Below the pieces are notes generated by a model. That model was given only the letters and a program-made list of their open reading frames with translations. It did no database searches and was not told the origin of the DNA. From Felis catus (taxonomy: Eukaryota): 64,000 nt of DNA. Both the position numbers and the translations under genes were made by a program. Every line of letters starts with the position of its first letter. Position 1 is the first letter of the stretch. The DNA lies in NCBI RefSeq assembly GCF_018350175.1, contig NC_058368.1, forward strand, positions 35,218,001 to 35,282,000. The letters run 5' to 3'. Positions 62,181 to 64,000 of the stretch are shown piece after piece.

Positions 62181-63292
62181 AGTGGAGAGAGGGTTATGCA
62201 GCTAACTGAGAACCTATTTCATGACTCTCTACAAGAAATGGCTGCCCATAATCTTAGTATGCTCAGAGACAGAATGGGGAGTCTTCTGGGGCTATTGTCA
62301 AATACAGGTGCTACAGTAGGCTATCTCTAACAAAATTTTTTAAAGACATTTGCATTTTTGACAACTTATTTCCTGGTGGGTAGTACCTTCCTTGTGAGTT
62401 GTGGTTGATCAAATGGGGAATTATCTGAAAGCCATCCAAAACACACTTAATAGTTAGAAGAACACATATCACAGGGAGTGGCAATGAAGTCCTAGATGCC
62501 CCACTCTCCTTGATTTATCTCATTCCACCCCACTCCCTACTTTCCATGCCTGGCAGTTTCCTTTCTTCTGGGAGCATTCCAAGCCTACTTTGTCTCCCGG
62601 CAAAATAAGCCCAGCACCTTCACCATCAGGAACTGCAGTTTTTACTCTGACCCCTTATCTTCTTTTTACCTTCTGTTTTTGTCTCAATAACTTGGCATCT
62701 AGCAGCTGCCACCTCACCTACTGGCACTAACTTCCTCTTGATTCACCCACAGGATTTATAGATGTTTCACGCTCTTCAGGGAAAGAAGAAGAAAGACGGC
62801 CAAGTTTCTGGGTCCAAAAACCCAGTATTAACCAATCTCCTGACATTTCTTGCTCTTCCACCCTTCTCTCTTTCCCTCTGGCTCGTGTTACTTGAACACT
62901 GGTTATCTGACAAACCAACAGAGAAAGGAAGGAGAATGAAAAATAAGGGGTGAAGACCTAAAGAGAAATGTGGGGAGTAAAAGGTGCGATGGGGAGGCAG
63001 CCTCCATGTGTCCAAGAGAATGCCCAGTCTCTGCATAACTAAACAACTGAATGGGGAAATTACTGGAACAGATTGAAACATGACTCTGACAGGGACATCA
63101 TTTAGCAAGGAACGATATGAACAAAAGATCAAATCACCAATTACAACTCCAAGATTACTTCTGGTGTGTTTACTCTGTAACCTCCATGTTCTTGGTCACT
63201 ATCTACCCTTTGGCAAAAATTAGAGGAATATTTTCAAGTTCACCGATGGCAGCAACTAATTTCTAATAATAAATCACATTGAGAATCTATTT

Positions 63293-64000
63293 GGTGGGAG
63301 GAGAGAGGGAAGATGGCGGCGTAGGAGGACGGTGGGCTCACCACGCGTCCTGCTGATCACATAGATTCCACCTACACCTGCCTAAATAACCCAGAAAACC
63401 GCCAGAGGATTAGCAGAACGGAGTCTCTGGAGCCAAGCGCAGACGAGAGGCCCACGGAAGAGGGTAGGAAGGACTGCAAGGCGGTGCACTCCATGGACTG
63501 GCGGGAGGGAGCCGGGGCGAAGGGGCGGCTCACCAGCCAAGCAGAGCCCCCGAGTCTGGCTGGCAAAAGTGGAGGGGCCTGACAGACTGTGTTCCGACAG
63601 CAAGCGCGACTTAGCGTCTGGGAGGTCATAAGTTAACAGCTCTGCTCGGAAAGCGGGAAGGCTGGAGGACAAAGGGAGGGAGAGCTGCTGAGCCCCCCAG
63701 AAAACAGAGCTCAGTTTGGTGGGGAACAAAGGCGCTCGCCAGTGCCATCTCCCCCGCCCATCCCCCAGCCAAAATCCCAAAGAGAACCAGTTCCTGCCAG
63801 GGAACTTGCTCGCTCCGCACAAACACCCAACTCTGTGCTTCTGCGGAGCCAAACCTCCGGCAGCGGATCTGACTCCCTCCCACTGCCACAGGGCCCCTCC
63901 TGAAGTGGATCACCTAAAGAGGAGCGAGCTAAGCCTGCCCCTCCTGCCCCCATGCACCTTGCCTACCCACCCCAGCTAATACACCAGATCCCCAGCACCA
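63293..64000 (+). mobile_element. 5' UTR (internal promoter) of a young feline L1 continuing beyond the window
   Basis: G-rich start then aagatggcggc (YY1-like site typical of L1 5' ends); CpG-rich; homologous to the 5' tip of the L1 at 47328-47444. Confidence 0.9.

Noticed and set aside
1649..63979. ORF-track entries as real genes
   Set aside because: They translate microsatellites (YIYI, THTH, ERER), SINEs (GAPGWRSRLSVRLQ) or broken L1 ORF2, or are short chance frames; none matches a cellular protein I recognise.
63293..64000. CpG-island promoter of a host gene
   Set aside because: Homologous to the 5' tip of the other L1 in the window, so it is an L1 5' UTR.

Overview
Mammalian nuclear DNA, almost certainly from a felid: it carries feline-type CanSINEs and a feline-type L1 3' end and 5' UTR. 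It is AT-rich and repeat-dense, and I recognise no protein-coding exon, RNA gene, CRISPR array or prokaryotic-type system. The ORF track is almost entirely L1 ORF2 remnants, SINE read-throughs and microsatellite translations. Contents: about 22 CanSINEs (three very young, with 16-23 bp target-site duplications), several L1s (old L1M fragments, a carnivore-era L1 of about 4.9 kb, a 2.9 kb internally deleted feline L1, and a CpG-rich L1 5' UTR running off the right edge), L2 and MIR relics, MaLR/ERVL LTRs, MER5A DNA transposons, many microsatellites, and several repeat-free blocks that look like conserved non-coding elements. The best-supported oddities are (1) an L1 whose first ~115 nt of 5' UTR are fused directly to mid-ORF2 inside one TSD pair, (2) an MLT2 LTR with a fold-back inverted copy of its own terminus in a compound microsatellite, (3) a SINE with a ~30 nt extra 3' segment inside its TSDs, (4) a spacer-less (CA)n(TG)n palindrome, and (5) an out-of-order L1 segment. 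I found no evidence for a new biological system. Repeat subfamily names come from recalled consensus sequences, not a database search, and boundaries of old repeats are approximate.
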